Shown here: piece by piece, positions 1-12,350 of the stretch
Layout of the letters: each line of letters begins with the position of its first letter
How positions within the stretch are numbered: position 1 is the stretch's first letter
NCBI RefSeq assembly: GCF_006345805.1
Contig: NW_021831938.1
Coordinates: 1 to 33,565, forward strand
Length of the DNA: 33,565 nt
Direction of reading: 5' to 3'
Origin: Octopus sinensis
Lineage: Eukaryota
Made by a program: the position numbers and the translations under genes
Notes under the pieces: generated by a model
The model's input: only the letters and a program-made list of their open reading frames with translations
The model's database searches: none
What the model was told of the DNA's origin: nothing

Positions 1-262
1 GGCGTGTGACCGGTGTGTCGTTCGCAATGTGGATGTCACGAAGGTGTTCCGCGACCGGTCAGCCAAGCGGCGTCCGTTTGTCCGATGTACAAGGAATTGC
101 CGAGAGAGCAAGAGATGCAATAGATAATATTGCTGGAGGTGCAGGTGAAGGAGTGGATGATGGGATAGGGTCGATGGTGGGTGCTAGTGAGGCGGGTGGT
201 GTTGGAGAGGTAAGGGCAAGTGCGGCAACGTGGGCATGATTGACCGCTAGCTCCAAAAGTTT
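1..262 (-). mobile_element. Penelope-like element (family A) GIY-YIG endonuclease fragment, frameshifted, running off the window start
   Basis: Manual minus-strand translation gives CPRCRTCPYLSNTT...HSFTCTSSNIIYCISCSLGNSLYIGQT, then with two single-base frameshifts GRRLADR(x)AEHLRDIHIANDTPVTR. This matches the PLE GIY-YIG pattern (CxxC, N(V/I)IY...C..C..LYIG(E/Q)T.R.L..R..EH). It is not the frame shown in the ORF track. Confidence 0.85.
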
Positions 263-269
263 TTCTTAT

Positions 270-410
270 TCTCCCTCTGTTTATTTCATCGCGTTTCTTC
301 CTGATGAAGAGCGTAGGCCCTTTCTCCCCTTCCCGAGTGTTAAACTAATACACCTGTTTCTTGTTTATACACCTGTCTTCGTCTTTTGTTCTTATCTAAA
401 TTCAAACTAA
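270..410 (+). mobile_element. Penelope family A 3' tail (pseudo-LTR) with a partially deleted hammerhead motif
   Basis: CTGATGA at 301-307 is followed by A-GAGC-GTAG-GC. The downstream sequence (ctaatacacctgtttcttgtttatacacctgtcttcgtcttttgtt) aligns by eye with the reverse complement of 14880-14990. Confidence 0.7.
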
Positions 411-412
411 AT

Positions 413-420
413 ATGTATAT

Positions 421-466
<46 letters not shown>

Positions 467-491
467 CTGTGTGTGTTTGTATATTTATATC

Positions 492-538
<47 letters not shown>

Positions 539-540
539 TT
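413..540. repeat. Compound (TA)n/(TG)n microsatellite
   Basis: Direct reading. Confidence 0.95.
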
Positions 541-1293
541 AATTAGCGTGATTCAAATTTGAAATAAGAAAACAATTATCAATGGTTATAATAACGCTTT
601 CAAATATTCTGAAATTACTCGTGTGCTTGTTGTTGTTATCAGTGAAATGGTTGTGATTTATAGAAGCTGAAGCACTTGTAAGAATAATCATTAAAATTTC
701 AGTTCGAAATTGCTATTCACTAGCTTAAATTATAACTGAGCGTCATTTCTGTAATTTGGATATTTTACAATGTCTGAGACACACGCACACATACACTTAT
801 TAAATCACGCATACACCGCCCCCCTACACACACATATACACACACACATACACCCCCGCACATTATATATATGCATTGTCTGTGTGTATCTGTGTGTATT
901 CGTGTATGTGTCCTGTGCTGCGTGCGGATGTATATGTGTGTGTGTGTGTGTATTAAGATGTCCTCATTGAACTTATTCTACGAAGGAAAACTGAATGGTT
1001 GAAATTACTATCAAAGCAGTACAAAAATATTGATCAATTGCAATCATATGGTTTTGTAGTTACAAAAAAGAAAAAAAAAACAAAACAAAACAAACAAAAA
1101 CAAACAGAAAAAATAAAAAACAAAGGAAAGAAAAAGAAAGAAATTCGAATATTTCCCCTACGAAGCTAAAGTAATTAAATTTAAAGAAAATATTTGACAA
1201 ATTTGCAAGATAAATACGGAAGAGAAAATGTAGTATAAATATATACCTGATGTTTTATTTTAAAAATACTCTATTTGATATTACTATATTGTA

Positions 1294-1333
<40 letters not shown>

Positions 1334-1400
1334 GGGGAGGTGCGTGTGTGTATGTATGAATGTATTTATGGGTGTGTCCCCATGTGTCTGTGTGTGTATA

Positions 1401-1432
<32 letters not shown>

Positions 1433-1654
1433 ATCATCATGGTTACAATGTAGTAAATATATCCTCTTTAAGTATTCACACATTCACATAACTATATATG
1501 CGTATATATGTATCTATACAAGGATACCTGTGTACATATATGCATACCCTTATATCTTGTGTAGTTCGTATGCTGTTTGCATTCGGTATATCTGAATTCA
1601 ATATTGAAGTGATATATTATATATGATCCCAGTGAGAAGAAAATGATACTATGT

Positions 1655-2077
1655 AGGCACAGGAATGGTTGTATGGTAAGAAGCTTGCTTCCGAACAGCA
1701 CGGGTCATGGTTCAGTCCCACTACGTGGCATCTTGGTCAATTGTCTTCTATTGTAGCCAATCGCCGACCAAAGACTTGTGAATGGATTTAGTGGACGGAA
1801 ACTGAAAGAAGCCCGTCTTATATATGTATATGTATACATTTGTGTGTGTGTGTCTGTCTTTGAGTCAGTGTTTGTCCCCATCACCGCTTGACAACCTGTG
1901 TTAGAGGTTTAACATAGTGGTTTATTAAAAGTGAACCAATACAGTAAGTACCATTCTCCCCACAAGAAAAGTCCTGGGGTCGATTCATTCGACTAGACCC
2001 CCCCCCCCAAAAAAAAAAACAGGTTGTGCCCCAGTATGGCTGCAGTCTAATGACTGAAATAAGCAAAAGATAAAAGA
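1655..2077 (+). mobile_element. tRNA-derived SINE family 1 (carries an internal TA/TG microsatellite), full length, diverged
   Basis: The head (aggcacaggaatggttgtatggtaag...ggttcagtccc), the conserved body gacggaaactgaaagaagcccgtc and the tail tgactgaaataagcaaaaga are shared with copies at 2378-2810, 5732-6217 and 25149-25316. Confidence 0.85.
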
Positions 2078-2377
2078 GAAAAGGTGATCTCTGATAAACC
2101 AATTTAAGATAATGTTGCTTTGGAATTATATAATCTCTTACACACACCATCTACGCCTCCGTCTATACGTAATGAAATTGGTATTCCTACGTCCATTTTC
2201 TGTTTTAGCTGTAGTTATTTCGTAGATTCAAGATCCTTTTCATCATGGACGGCGACGGGCTAAAGACAATTATTGTTAGGCTCTTTAGTAATGGCTTAAC
2301 AACCCAATCTTCGATAAACTGACACCCCGCGACCCCTTAAACAAAACCAGAAGGACGTATTAGATAAAGTAAGTATT

Positions 2378-2598
2378 TTTTTATTTACTTGTTTCAGTTA
2401 TTTGACTGCGGCCATGCTGGAGCACCGCCTTTAGCCGAGCAAATCGACCCCGGGACTTATTCTTTGTAAGCCCAGTACTTATTCTATCGGTCTGTTTTGC
2501 CGAACCGCTAAGTGACGGAGACGTAAACACACCAGCATCGGTTGTCAAGCAATGCTAGAGGGACAAACACAGACACACAAACATATACACACACATAC

Positions 2599-2666
<68 letters not shown>

Positions 2667-2810
2667 CATATATACGACAGGCTTCTTTCAGTTTCCGTCT
2701 ACCAAATCCCTCACAAGGCTTTGGTCGGCCCGAGGCTATAGCAGAAGACACCGAACCCGGAACCGTGTGGTTGGTTAGCAAGCTTTTACCACACAGCCAC
2801 TGCTGCGCCT
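2378..2810 (-). mobile_element. SINE family 1, near full length, with a deletion in the head-proximal body
   Basis: The reverse complement aligns with 1655-2077 and 5732-6217 (ggcttctttcagtttccgtctaccaaat..., ggctttggtcggcccgaggctatag). Confidence 0.9.
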
Positions 2811-3294
2811 ATAAATACATTTCACTTTAAAATAATGCAGGGTGTTCATGTTTTGGATAACTTTGATCACAGGTGTTACAATCATGGCGTAATTAGAGCC
2901 GAACAACAACAACAACTTAATAATACTAACATACTGAATTTAGGAAGAGCGTTCTGCTTGGTGATTCTACATGATAGAAGATAACTACAGAAATTTCCTG
3001 AAACCACACCCCGTCGTCTTAAAAAAGGAACGAAACGTTGGATAATATATTGCTTGATAATCAAAGTCTGAAAATAAAGACAGCACGGTCACGGTTCCAA
3101 CAATAGCAGCCCACTGCAATCTGTTATTTTGTTTATTTTATCGTAGTAACAACACAGCAATAGATAAGGGGTTTGTGATTTTTAGAGTTTTAAATTCTCG
3201 TTCATGAAACGGCTGCGTAGAGAAGACAATATGATTTGCGCATCTGTTCTTTCTCTTATCATTGGCTCTACCATACTATTTTTACGGTTCTTAA

Positions 3295-3720
3295 CACACA
3301 CACACACACATGCACACACACACATACACACACACACGCATGCACACATACGTATACACAAGAACGCACGGACTTACACACTCACACACACACGCATATG
3401 CATTGCATATACGATGCATACAATCGCATACGCAATTATGTTCAAACATGTAAAGAGACGTATGCATACACATGGTATATATGCACACTAAAGACACGTA
3501 TATGTTAACACACACACACAAACACATGCACACAAACACATACACACGCAAACACCGACATATGAGAAAGGAAGAGACAAAAAGGAAGAAGAGAAAGAGG
3601 GAGGGAGAAAGAGACGGAGAGTGATAGAAAGACGGATAGAGAGTCATCGGGGGAGAGGAGACAGAGGAGAGAAAGAAAGGGATATATATATATATATAAA
3701 TTTATATAAATGAGGATAAG
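3295..3720. repeat. Degenerate (CA)n followed by a purine-rich (GA)n and a (TA)n tract
   Basis: Direct reading. Confidence 0.85.
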
Positions 3721-4554
3721 ATCGTTAATTTAAATATCGATTTTATCAAGTGGCCAGTATGGGAATAAAAGCCTTCAAAGGTAATAATTATTATTAAAAT
3801 TAGAATTTAGGGTGTCTAAGAGATACCACCACGCTTGAAATAGCAGCCAAAACTTGACTCTAAAACCACATTAAATGTTCATAGAGCACTAGGAGAGAAG
3901 ACAAAAGGATAAAATAAACTAGCCAAAAAAAATTAAAAATACTGGATAATTCCAGATCCCGGATTTTTATATATATATATATTGAATTATACATACTGCT
4001 CATTGAATTAGTACATATAAAACTTATTTCCCATACAGACGTGTGTGTATGTACGAGACAGAAAGAGAAAGAGGAGGAGAAAGAGAGAGATAGTCTGCAT
4101 GTGTATATACATTACACTTTTCGATTCTTCATCTGTATTCTCTAGTCCGGGTGGGGTTAGGCTTAATTCACTCTATTGCAAACATCGTAACCCTGCCGAA
4201 GTCTGAGAAGCCTTTCTGTTATGCTCCAGCCAGTGCGGGAGGAAATGATAAAAAGAAACCCAAATAATAAGACGTTGAGCGCTTATATTAAGCGATTATA
4301 AATTATACCACTAGGCCATGTGCCTCCACATTGATAGATATACACATGACTTTTAGTGAAATGTGTTTCAAGAGATTTCTGTATTGCTTTCGAAAATGTC
4401 TCATAGAGAGATCCTTTGCTGGTGTAGACCATTCATAAATGAAGATTCCGTTCTGCCGATAATGTAAATCACAATAACGACAGAAATAATTAGTTGCATA
4501 ACCAAAGCCCAATAGCTGAGACTTGTAAAAGAATATGTGAATAGATGTGTGGAA

Positions 4555-4859
4555 GTAAGAGCATTTGTATATTTGTGATTGTGCATGTGTGTGTATCTGT
4601 ACGTCTGTATCTTTGTGTCTGAGCGTGTGCATAAATATATATATATATGTATGTATATATATATTGGCCATATATATGTATCTATATATATTGTTATGTG
4701 CATGCATATACATATGTGTGTTTATGTATTCACACACTCATACATATAAATATGTACAGATGCGCATATACATACATAAACACATACATGTATACATATA
4801 TACATAGATATATACTTACATACATACATACATATATATAATATATATATATATAATAT

Positions 4860-4893
<34 letters not shown>

Positions 4894-4920
4894 CATACAT
4901 ACATACATACATACATATAA
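4555..4920. repeat. Compound (TG)/(TA)/(TACA) microsatellite
   Basis: Direct reading. Confidence 0.9.
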
Positions 4921-5452
4921 GTTCAGTGAGCCAGATGAAATTATTAACATCCGTTTGCATGCCTGATATATAATATGGCATGTCAATGCGATGAGTGTTG
5001 ATCGCGCTGCATGTCACACAACAAGCAAAAAATTCCTCCAACTCAACATTTTGACTGTAATTAAAATGCATTTCTTTGCGTGAACTAGAGTATTAATTGC
5101 TTTTCCTTAACCACCACCAGCAGCGTCCATGCATTCATCACTAAATCGGCCTACAATGCATAAATGAGCAATTTCCCAATACCAAGAATTCGCTGTCTAG
5201 AGGCGTGGCATAATTACATTCTCATGCTTCTAAGTAATCTCATATGTAATTTGAGAACACTTTGATTGAGGATTCATAGATTATTATGTTCCCAGCTTTG
5301 CCTATGTCGGTGATCGTATAAACGATTTATGATGTATGAGACATTGCATTTAAAACTTCTAATATTTGTAAGTGGTCAACCATTCGACGGGCAATTCGCC
5401 ATATGTACATACACACGTATTTGTTATATGTCCTCATGCATCTGAAGGTTGT

Positions 5453-5730
5453 TGGCCTAGTGGTCAGGGTGTGGGACTACCAATCGTTTGACTTATAGGT
5501 TCGATCCCCGGACCTGGTGACGTGTTGTGCTCTTGAGTAAAACACTTTGCTGCAGTCCATTTAGCTGTAAATGGGCAACCTTGCAATGGAATACCCTTCT
5601 GATCAGAAGTAATGTCAGCCTGCTCACCTAGCCAGAGGAATGGCATCATTCGAAACATAAGACAATTCGAAGCGCATTGTAACCAGCGATGTACAACCAC
5701 AGCCGATAGTCTGGCAGATACTATTCTTGT
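5453..5730 (+). mobile_element. tRNA-derived SINE (family 3-type head, distinct body)
   Basis: Pol III A-box-like TGGCCTAGTGG at 5453-5463 and B-box GGTTCGATCCC at 5498-5508. These are followed by gtgttgtgctcttgagtaaaacacttt...cagtccatttagctgtaaatggg, as in 27506-27825 and the reverse complement of 10711-10933. The 3' boundary is approximate. Confidence 0.75.
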
Positions 5731-5731
5731 A

Positions 5732-5997
5732 TTCTTGTATTTGTTTCAGCCATTTGTTTCAGCCATGGTGAAGCACAGCCTTTAGTCGAGCAAATCAAAC
5801 CCAAACTTATTCTTTGTTAGCCTGGTACTTATTTTATTGGCCTCTCTTGCCGAACCGCTAGTTGACGGGGATGTAAACACACCAGCATCACTTGTCAAGC
5901 GTTGTTGGAGGGATAAATACAGACACACAAACATACATATACACACACACACACATACATACATAAATATATATATATATATACACACACACATACA

Positions 5998-6054
<57 letters not shown>

Positions 6055-6217
6055 GACGGACTTCTTTCAGTTTCCGTCTACCATATCCACGCACAAGGCT
6101 TTGGTCGGTCCGAGGCTATAGTAGAGGACGCTTGCCCAAGGTGCCACACAGTGGGACTGAACCCAGATCCAAGTGGGTGGTAAGCGAGTTACTTACCACA
6201 CAGCCACTCCTGTACCT
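5732..6217 (-). mobile_element. SINE family 1, full length
   Basis: Collinear with 2378-2810, with an expanded internal (CA)/(TA) tract at about 5925-6053. Confidence 0.9.
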
Positions 6218-6264
6218 ATATAAATTTCTCTTTCTCTCCCCCACCTCCATCTCTACAACAATAA

Positions 6265-6465
6265 TAATAATTCTTTCTACTATAGACTTGAGGCCCAAAA
6301 ATTTTGGCGAGGCCACTTGTCGATCATATCATCCATATTAACTGATTGATATTTATTCCGTCAATCCTGAATGTATGAAGGGCAAATATGAAGTAGGCGG
6401 AATTTGAAGTCAGAACGTAAAGAACTGGAGAAAAAGCGATTTGTGGACGTGCTAACGATTTAGCA
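6265..6465 (-). mobile_element. SINE family 2 (Meta-domain-like), highly diverged
   Basis: ggcggaatttgaagtcagaacgtaa, gtgctaacgatt and the tail ttctttctactatag...aggcccaaaattttgg resemble 22284-22473. Confidence 0.65.
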
Positions 6466-7072
6466 TAAGCCCAATTACAAGATACGCTAAAATGCTAGCA
6501 TCGTACGTTTATTCTGTATTCAAAAGATAAATAACTAATTTCAAGAGGGTTTTTGTCACATTCGTCAAAGCGTTGAACCAAATAGTGTTTGTGTTCCATC
6601 ACGGAGTTCTAACGTGGGACATTTAAACTGATGTTGTATTTACGGCTCATAGTTGATTCTGTTTTTGTTCTTGTTGCCGTTGTTGCTTGTGATAATGACA
6701 CCAATGTAAGTAAAGATGTATGTTCTATAATGTGGAAACGGTTGTTGCAGTTGTAGTGGAACGAATTAGTCATGTTCTACGTAATGCTGACGTTGGGAAA
6801 TGCATCGGAGACGGCGATACTACGACACGTGATGGTAAAGCAAATTTTAGAAGAGCTGGTAAGGCAAAGATGACATTTTGCTTGTATTGCTGAGGCAGCT
6901 AGTGGATGCGAAGGCTATGGTAGGAGTGGCGGATCGTTTGATGTTGATTATGAGGAAACAATGAACACATAGGAAATATGTCTTCATGAAAAAAACTTTC
7001 AAATCCAAGAGAATGCATTAAATTGTATTGACGACAAATGGAAGCAAGCAAAAGCAAATTACGCTCAGAAAT

Positions 7073-7076
7073 GTTA

Positions 7077-7111
<35 letters not shown>

Positions 7112-7136
7112 GTTGTTATTATTATTATTATTATTA

Positions 7137-7190
<54 letters not shown>

Positions 7191-7338
7191 ATTATTAGTA
7201 TTATTATTATTGTTATTATTATTATTATTATTATTATGATTATTATTATTATTGTTATTATTATTATTATTATTATTGTTATATTATTGTTATTATTGTT
7301 GGTTATTATTATATTATTATTATATTATTATTGTTGTT

Positions 7339-7369
<31 letters not shown>

Positions 7370-7667
7370 GTTTATTATTATATATTATGGGTTGTTATTT
7401 TATTATTTATTATTATTGTTATTATTATTATTATTATATTATTATTATTGTTGTTATTATTATTATTAATATTATTATTATTATTATTATTTATTATTAT
7501 TATTATTGTTATTATTATTTATTATTATTATTATTTTATTATTGTTGTTATTTATTATTATTATTATTATTGTTATTATTATATTATTATTATTATTATT
7601 ATTATTATTGTTATTATTATTATATTATTATTATTATTATTGTTGTTATTATTATTAATTATTATTG

Positions 7668-7698
<31 letters not shown>

Positions 7699-7882
7699 TT
7701 ATTGTTGTTAGTATTATGTATTATTATTATTGTTATTATTATTATTATTATTATTGTTATGATTAATTATTATTATTTTATTGTTATTATTATGATTATT
7801 ATATTATTATTATTATTATTATTATTATTTTATTAATTATTATTATTAAATTGTTGTTATTATTATTATTATTATTATTGTT

Positions 7883-7918
<36 letters not shown>

Positions 7919-8002
7919 GTTGTTATTATTATTATTATTATTATTGTTATTATTATTTTATTATATTATATTATTATTGTTGTTATTTATTATTATTATT
8001 AT

Positions 8003-8038
<36 letters not shown>

Positions 8039-8125
8039 GTTGTTATTATTATTATTATTATGATTATTATTATTAATTATTATTATTATTATTATTATTG
8101 TTGATTATTATTATTATTATTATTA

Positions 8126-8159
<34 letters not shown>

Positions 8160-8286
8160 GTTTTATTATTATTATTATTATTATTGTTATTATTAGTATT
8201 TTATTATTATTATTATTATTGTTGTTATTATTATTATTATTATTATTGTTATTATATTATTATTATTATTATTATTATTGTTGTTA

Positions 8287-8338
<52 letters not shown>

Positions 8339-8342
8339 GTTG

Positions 8343-8404
<62 letters not shown>

Positions 8405-8516
8405 TATTTTATTTATTTTTATTATTGTTATTATTATTATTATATATTATTATTATTATTATATTGTTGTTATTATTATTATTATTATTATTGTTGTTAT
8501 TATTATTATTATTATA
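7073..8516. repeat. About 1.44-kb interrupted (ATT)n trinucleotide array with GTT/GAT/AGT variants
   Basis: Direct reading; it is the source of the poly-L/I/Y ORFs in the track. Confidence 0.98.
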
Positions 8517-8619
8517 ATGGTAGTGTCATTGATAATAGTGAAGTAGTATAGTGTAGTTGTTAGGAAAAGCGGCAATACAATGACAATGATAGTAATAGTG
8601 ATAATAATGGTTTATCATG

Positions 8620-8654
<35 letters not shown>

Positions 8655-8894
8655 AAGAAGAAGAAGTAGAAGAAAAAGAAGAAGAAGAAGAAGAAGAAGA
8701 AGAAGAAGAAGAAGAAGAAGAAGAAGAAGAAGAAGAAGAGGGATTCTTTATTGGGCTTGAGTATTACGAAGATGATAATGGTAATGCTAATACAGTTTGT
8801 GAATTAAAAATAACGATAATAGTAAAAGCATAAAATAAGAATAACAACAGAAACAATAATGACAATTATTATTATTATTGATGGTAATAATGAT

Positions 8895-8939
<45 letters not shown>

Positions 8940-8955
8940 AATAATAATAATAACA
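8620..8955. repeat. (AAT)n, (GAA)n (20 perfect units at 8678-8737), then (AAC)n(AAT)n
   Basis: Direct reading. Confidence 0.95.
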
Positions 8956-9199
8956 ATGTAAAGAATATAAAGAAACGACGATACAAAGACAGAATAATAT
9001 TTAAAAAGAATAAGCGAAAGTCTTGTGTGTCTACAATGTCAGTTAATGAACGAGCGGTCTTTTGCTGGGTTACAATGACACAACTCAAAACAAGAATGCT
9101 GCCTTTACAAACATCATTCACATATTCATAAAAGATAAACTTACGTAAATGATTGAAACAGATGGGCAAGCAGAAATCATATACGTATACAAACATTCA

Positions 9200-9202
9200 T
9201 AC

Positions 9203-9242
<40 letters not shown>

Positions 9243-9261
9243 TTACATATACATATATGCA

Positions 9262-9335
<74 letters not shown>

Positions 9336-9445
9336 TTTACATATACATACATAAATGCTTACATACATACATACATGTGTGTTTATAAATATAATATCAA
9401 AATAAACACATATATGTCTAAATTATATATTTATATACATATATA
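9200..9445. repeat. (TA)n/(TACA)n compound microsatellite, continuing into a degenerate CA-rich region to about 10280
   Basis: Direct reading. Confidence 0.9.
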
Positions 9446-10394
9446 TGTTTGTATATTTTGACATGCATACACATACAAACACGCACACACACACGCGCGC
9501 GCATATATATTTATACGTGTGTGTGCGTGCTTGTGTGTGTGAGAGCGTGAAGGCACACATACACGTACATGGACAAATACAAAGCTATTGGCGGCACGTG
9601 GGGTACATATTTGCACACAAGAATACGTATAAGAAACGGGTTCAGGCATATACTTACATTCACAACATATTTCTATATGCAATACAGCGTATGTGTCAGC
9701 AGCAATATCATATACATACACACAATCTAACACACATTGACACACATTTACACACACGCACAGACACAGACACATACTCACACAAGCGCGCACGACTATA
9801 GCCACAGGCTAAAGCTGTATATTTCGAGAAACAAAGACGCGAACAAGCGTGTACAAAAATGCAAATACACAAATACACATTTATAGAGAGTGGGAGAAAC
9901 AATAGCAATGAGAAAGATTGCGAGAGATGGATATCTGAAAGTGAAACCCCAAAAAATATATATATAAACAATTCCAAACACACAAGGCACATACACAGAC
10001 ATTTACAAAACTGTTCAGAAATTTGGGTCTAAATATATGAATAGCACACATACCCGTATATAAACACACATACATAAGCGCACATACAGAAACCAAGGCG
10101 CAGCGTTTATATTTCTGCATACACTTATGAATAGAAGCATTGAGGAGACGACAAAAGAGATATAGGCATTTTAATCACTCTCAACCAGGTACACGCACAC
10201 AGTCACACATACTAGCACACATAGACATACTAACACACAGCGACAGATACCTCTCCCACCCGACACACACACACACACTCGCACATACAATCGGTAAAAA
10301 CTATACGTAGATGTTATAAACTTACGTAGACACTTCTATAAATATGCATGTTCATACAGTAACATACACATATGCCATAAATATGTATATATAC

Positions 10395-10478
<84 letters not shown>

Positions 10479-10590
10479 GTCTGTCTATCTATCTTCTATC
10501 TATGTCTGTCTGTCTATCTATCTATCTATCTATATATCTATCTATCTATATATCTATCTATCTATCTGTCTGTCTATCTATCTATCTATA

Positions 10591-10626
<36 letters not shown>

Positions 10627-10638
10627 CATCTATCCATC

Positions 10639-10710
<72 letters not shown>
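10395..10710. repeat. (ATCT)n tetranucleotide array followed by (TA)n
   Basis: Direct reading. Confidence 0.95.
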
Positions 10711-10711
<1 letters not shown>

Positions 10712-10933
10712 AATGTGCCCTTTTAAAGCCTAGCCAGGTTCATGGGCCCCGTATCCCAGTTTCAATGGCGTATGTATTCCCCAGCTGGACAGGACACCAG
10801 TCCATCGCAGAGTTATTCATTTTTGCCAGCTGAGTGGACTTTACTCAAGAACACAACTCGTCGCCCGGTTCAGGAATCGAAACCACAATCTTACGATCAT
10901 GGTGCTGACACCCTAACCACTAATCCACACGCC
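10711..10933 (-). mobile_element. tRNA-derived SINE (family 3-type head, short body)
   Basis: The reverse complement reads ggcgtgtggattagtggttagggtg...gtggtttcgattcctgaaccggg (A and B boxes), then gttgtgttcttgagtaaa...cactcagctggcaaaaatga...ctgcgatggactggtgtcctgtccag. Confidence 0.8.
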
Positions 10934-11232
10934 ACCATACACACATATATATATAGTTACATATACCTGCATATATTTATATAGACACACACACAGTAAC
11001 ACATACACACACGCACACACATATATACGCATGCATGTATGCATGTCTGTCTGTATATATGTATGCATGTATGTATGTGCATACAAATATACGCACACAT
11101 GCACGCATTCACATATTTCGACGTGTGCTCATCGACTCACAGATGGACATACACGCCATTACAAGAGCACGCGGTCACTCTATAATCGTTACGAAATGAT
11201 ACATATTCACTAATAAAACACACACACATACA

Positions 11233-11268
<36 letters not shown>

Positions 11269-11548
11269 ACACACACACACACACTAACACACACATGCAT
11301 AAAGCTACACACACAAATGCGTAGTAGTAAAAAGATGTCGCCCATACTAGATTGCTGTTGTGTTACAATGAAATCAACGGTTGATATCTAGAGGGAATCA
11401 CTGCTTTTATATTGATTTCAATCCAACGGTGGTGGCTCTTATACGTTATTCATTTTTCCGCCATCCTTTTCTTTCTGTCTTATTATTTTGTCAGCTCGTT
11501 TTATTCTTTTCCTCCTCCCCCTCTCCTCCTCCTCCCCTCCTCCTCTTC

Positions 11549-11596
<48 letters not shown>

Positions 11597-11614
11597 TCGC
11601 TGCTGCTGCTGCTG

Positions 11615-11650
<36 letters not shown>

Positions 11651-11713
11651 TCGCTGCTGCTGCTGCTGCTACTACTACTACTACTACTACTACTACTATC
11701 GCTGCTGCTGCTG

Positions 11714-11761
<48 letters not shown>

Positions 11762-11772
11762 ATAATAATAAT
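11549..11772. repeat. Higher-order trinucleotide array (CTA)16-TCG-(CTG)5-(CTA)12-TCG-(CTG)5-(CTA)10-TCG-(CTG)4-(CTA)16
   Basis: Counted directly from the sequence. Confidence 0.95.
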
Positions 11773-11889
11773 ACTCCTCTTCTAGCTCTATCCTGTTTAT
11801 TTCTTTTTCTCCTTCTTACCAATATTAATTATTGCTGTTATGATTATTGTTAATATTATTCACAACCATTTCCTATCACTTGTATTCTG

Positions 11890-11913
11890 CACCATCATCA
11901 TCAACATCATCAT

Positions 11914-11944
<31 letters not shown>

Positions 11945-12350
11945 AGCAGCACCAGCAGCACCAGTAGCAGCACCGTCGTCGTTGTCATATTCTCTTCTCT
12001 TTTCCAACATTCTCGCTTTCAGATTCCCTTTCGTTTATTTCTTTTTACATCTCCCCCAATTCATCATTCATCGCTTCTCTCCTTCACCATCGTTTCCTTT
12101 TTCTGTGTATTTTCCCTTTGTTTGCACATTTTTATCGCTGCTTTCGTCATCCTCATCATCATCATCATCGTCATCTGAACATTCACCTCATCGTCATCCT
12201 CCTCCTCCTCCTCATCGTCGTCGTCGTAGTCATCATCACCACCAATCTCATAATCATTGTCATAATAATTAATCTCCTCCGCCGCTTCTCTTCTTCCAAC
12301 TCCACACCATCATCATCATCATCATCATCATTGTCGTTGTCATTACGTTC
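11890..12350. repeat. Cryptic trinucleotide mosaic (CAT/CAG/CGT/CCT)
   Basis: Direct reading. Confidence 0.85.

Noticed and set aside
6-256. Track ORFs 6..239 (+) and 59..256 (-)
   Set aside because: They are shadow frames of the frameshifted Penelope GIY-YIG sequence on the minus strand.
2935-3067. Minus-strand 133-nt segment bounded by tttattttcAG and GTATGT, with one open frame (TLIIKQYIIQRFVPFLRRRG...)
   Set aside because: The peptide is unrecognisable, no partner exons are evident, and such signals arise by chance in AT-rich DNA.
3710-3965. Stretch resembling an octopus interspersed repeat from memory
   Set aside because: There is no second copy or diagnostic motif in the window, so it cannot be supported.
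4303-4560. Minus ORF segment SQLLGFGYATNYFCRYCDLHYRQNGIFIYEW...
   Set aside because: It starts in a microsatellite, ends in a SINE-head stub (ggaggcacatggcctagtgg), has no convincing donor and shows no recognised homology.
4985-5185. Non-repetitive stretch with TAAT/ATTA motifs as a possible enhancer
   Set aside because: Such motifs are expected by chance at this AT content, and conservation data would be needed.
5453-5520. tRNA-like A/B boxes here and in the other SINE heads
   Set aside because: No complete cloverleaf or acceptor stem, and each continues into a SINE body, so these are not tRNA genes.
7038-8551. Long ORFs of 100-194 aa (poly-L/I/Y)
   Set aside because: They are stop-free frames of the (ATT)n array; there is no evidence of coding function.
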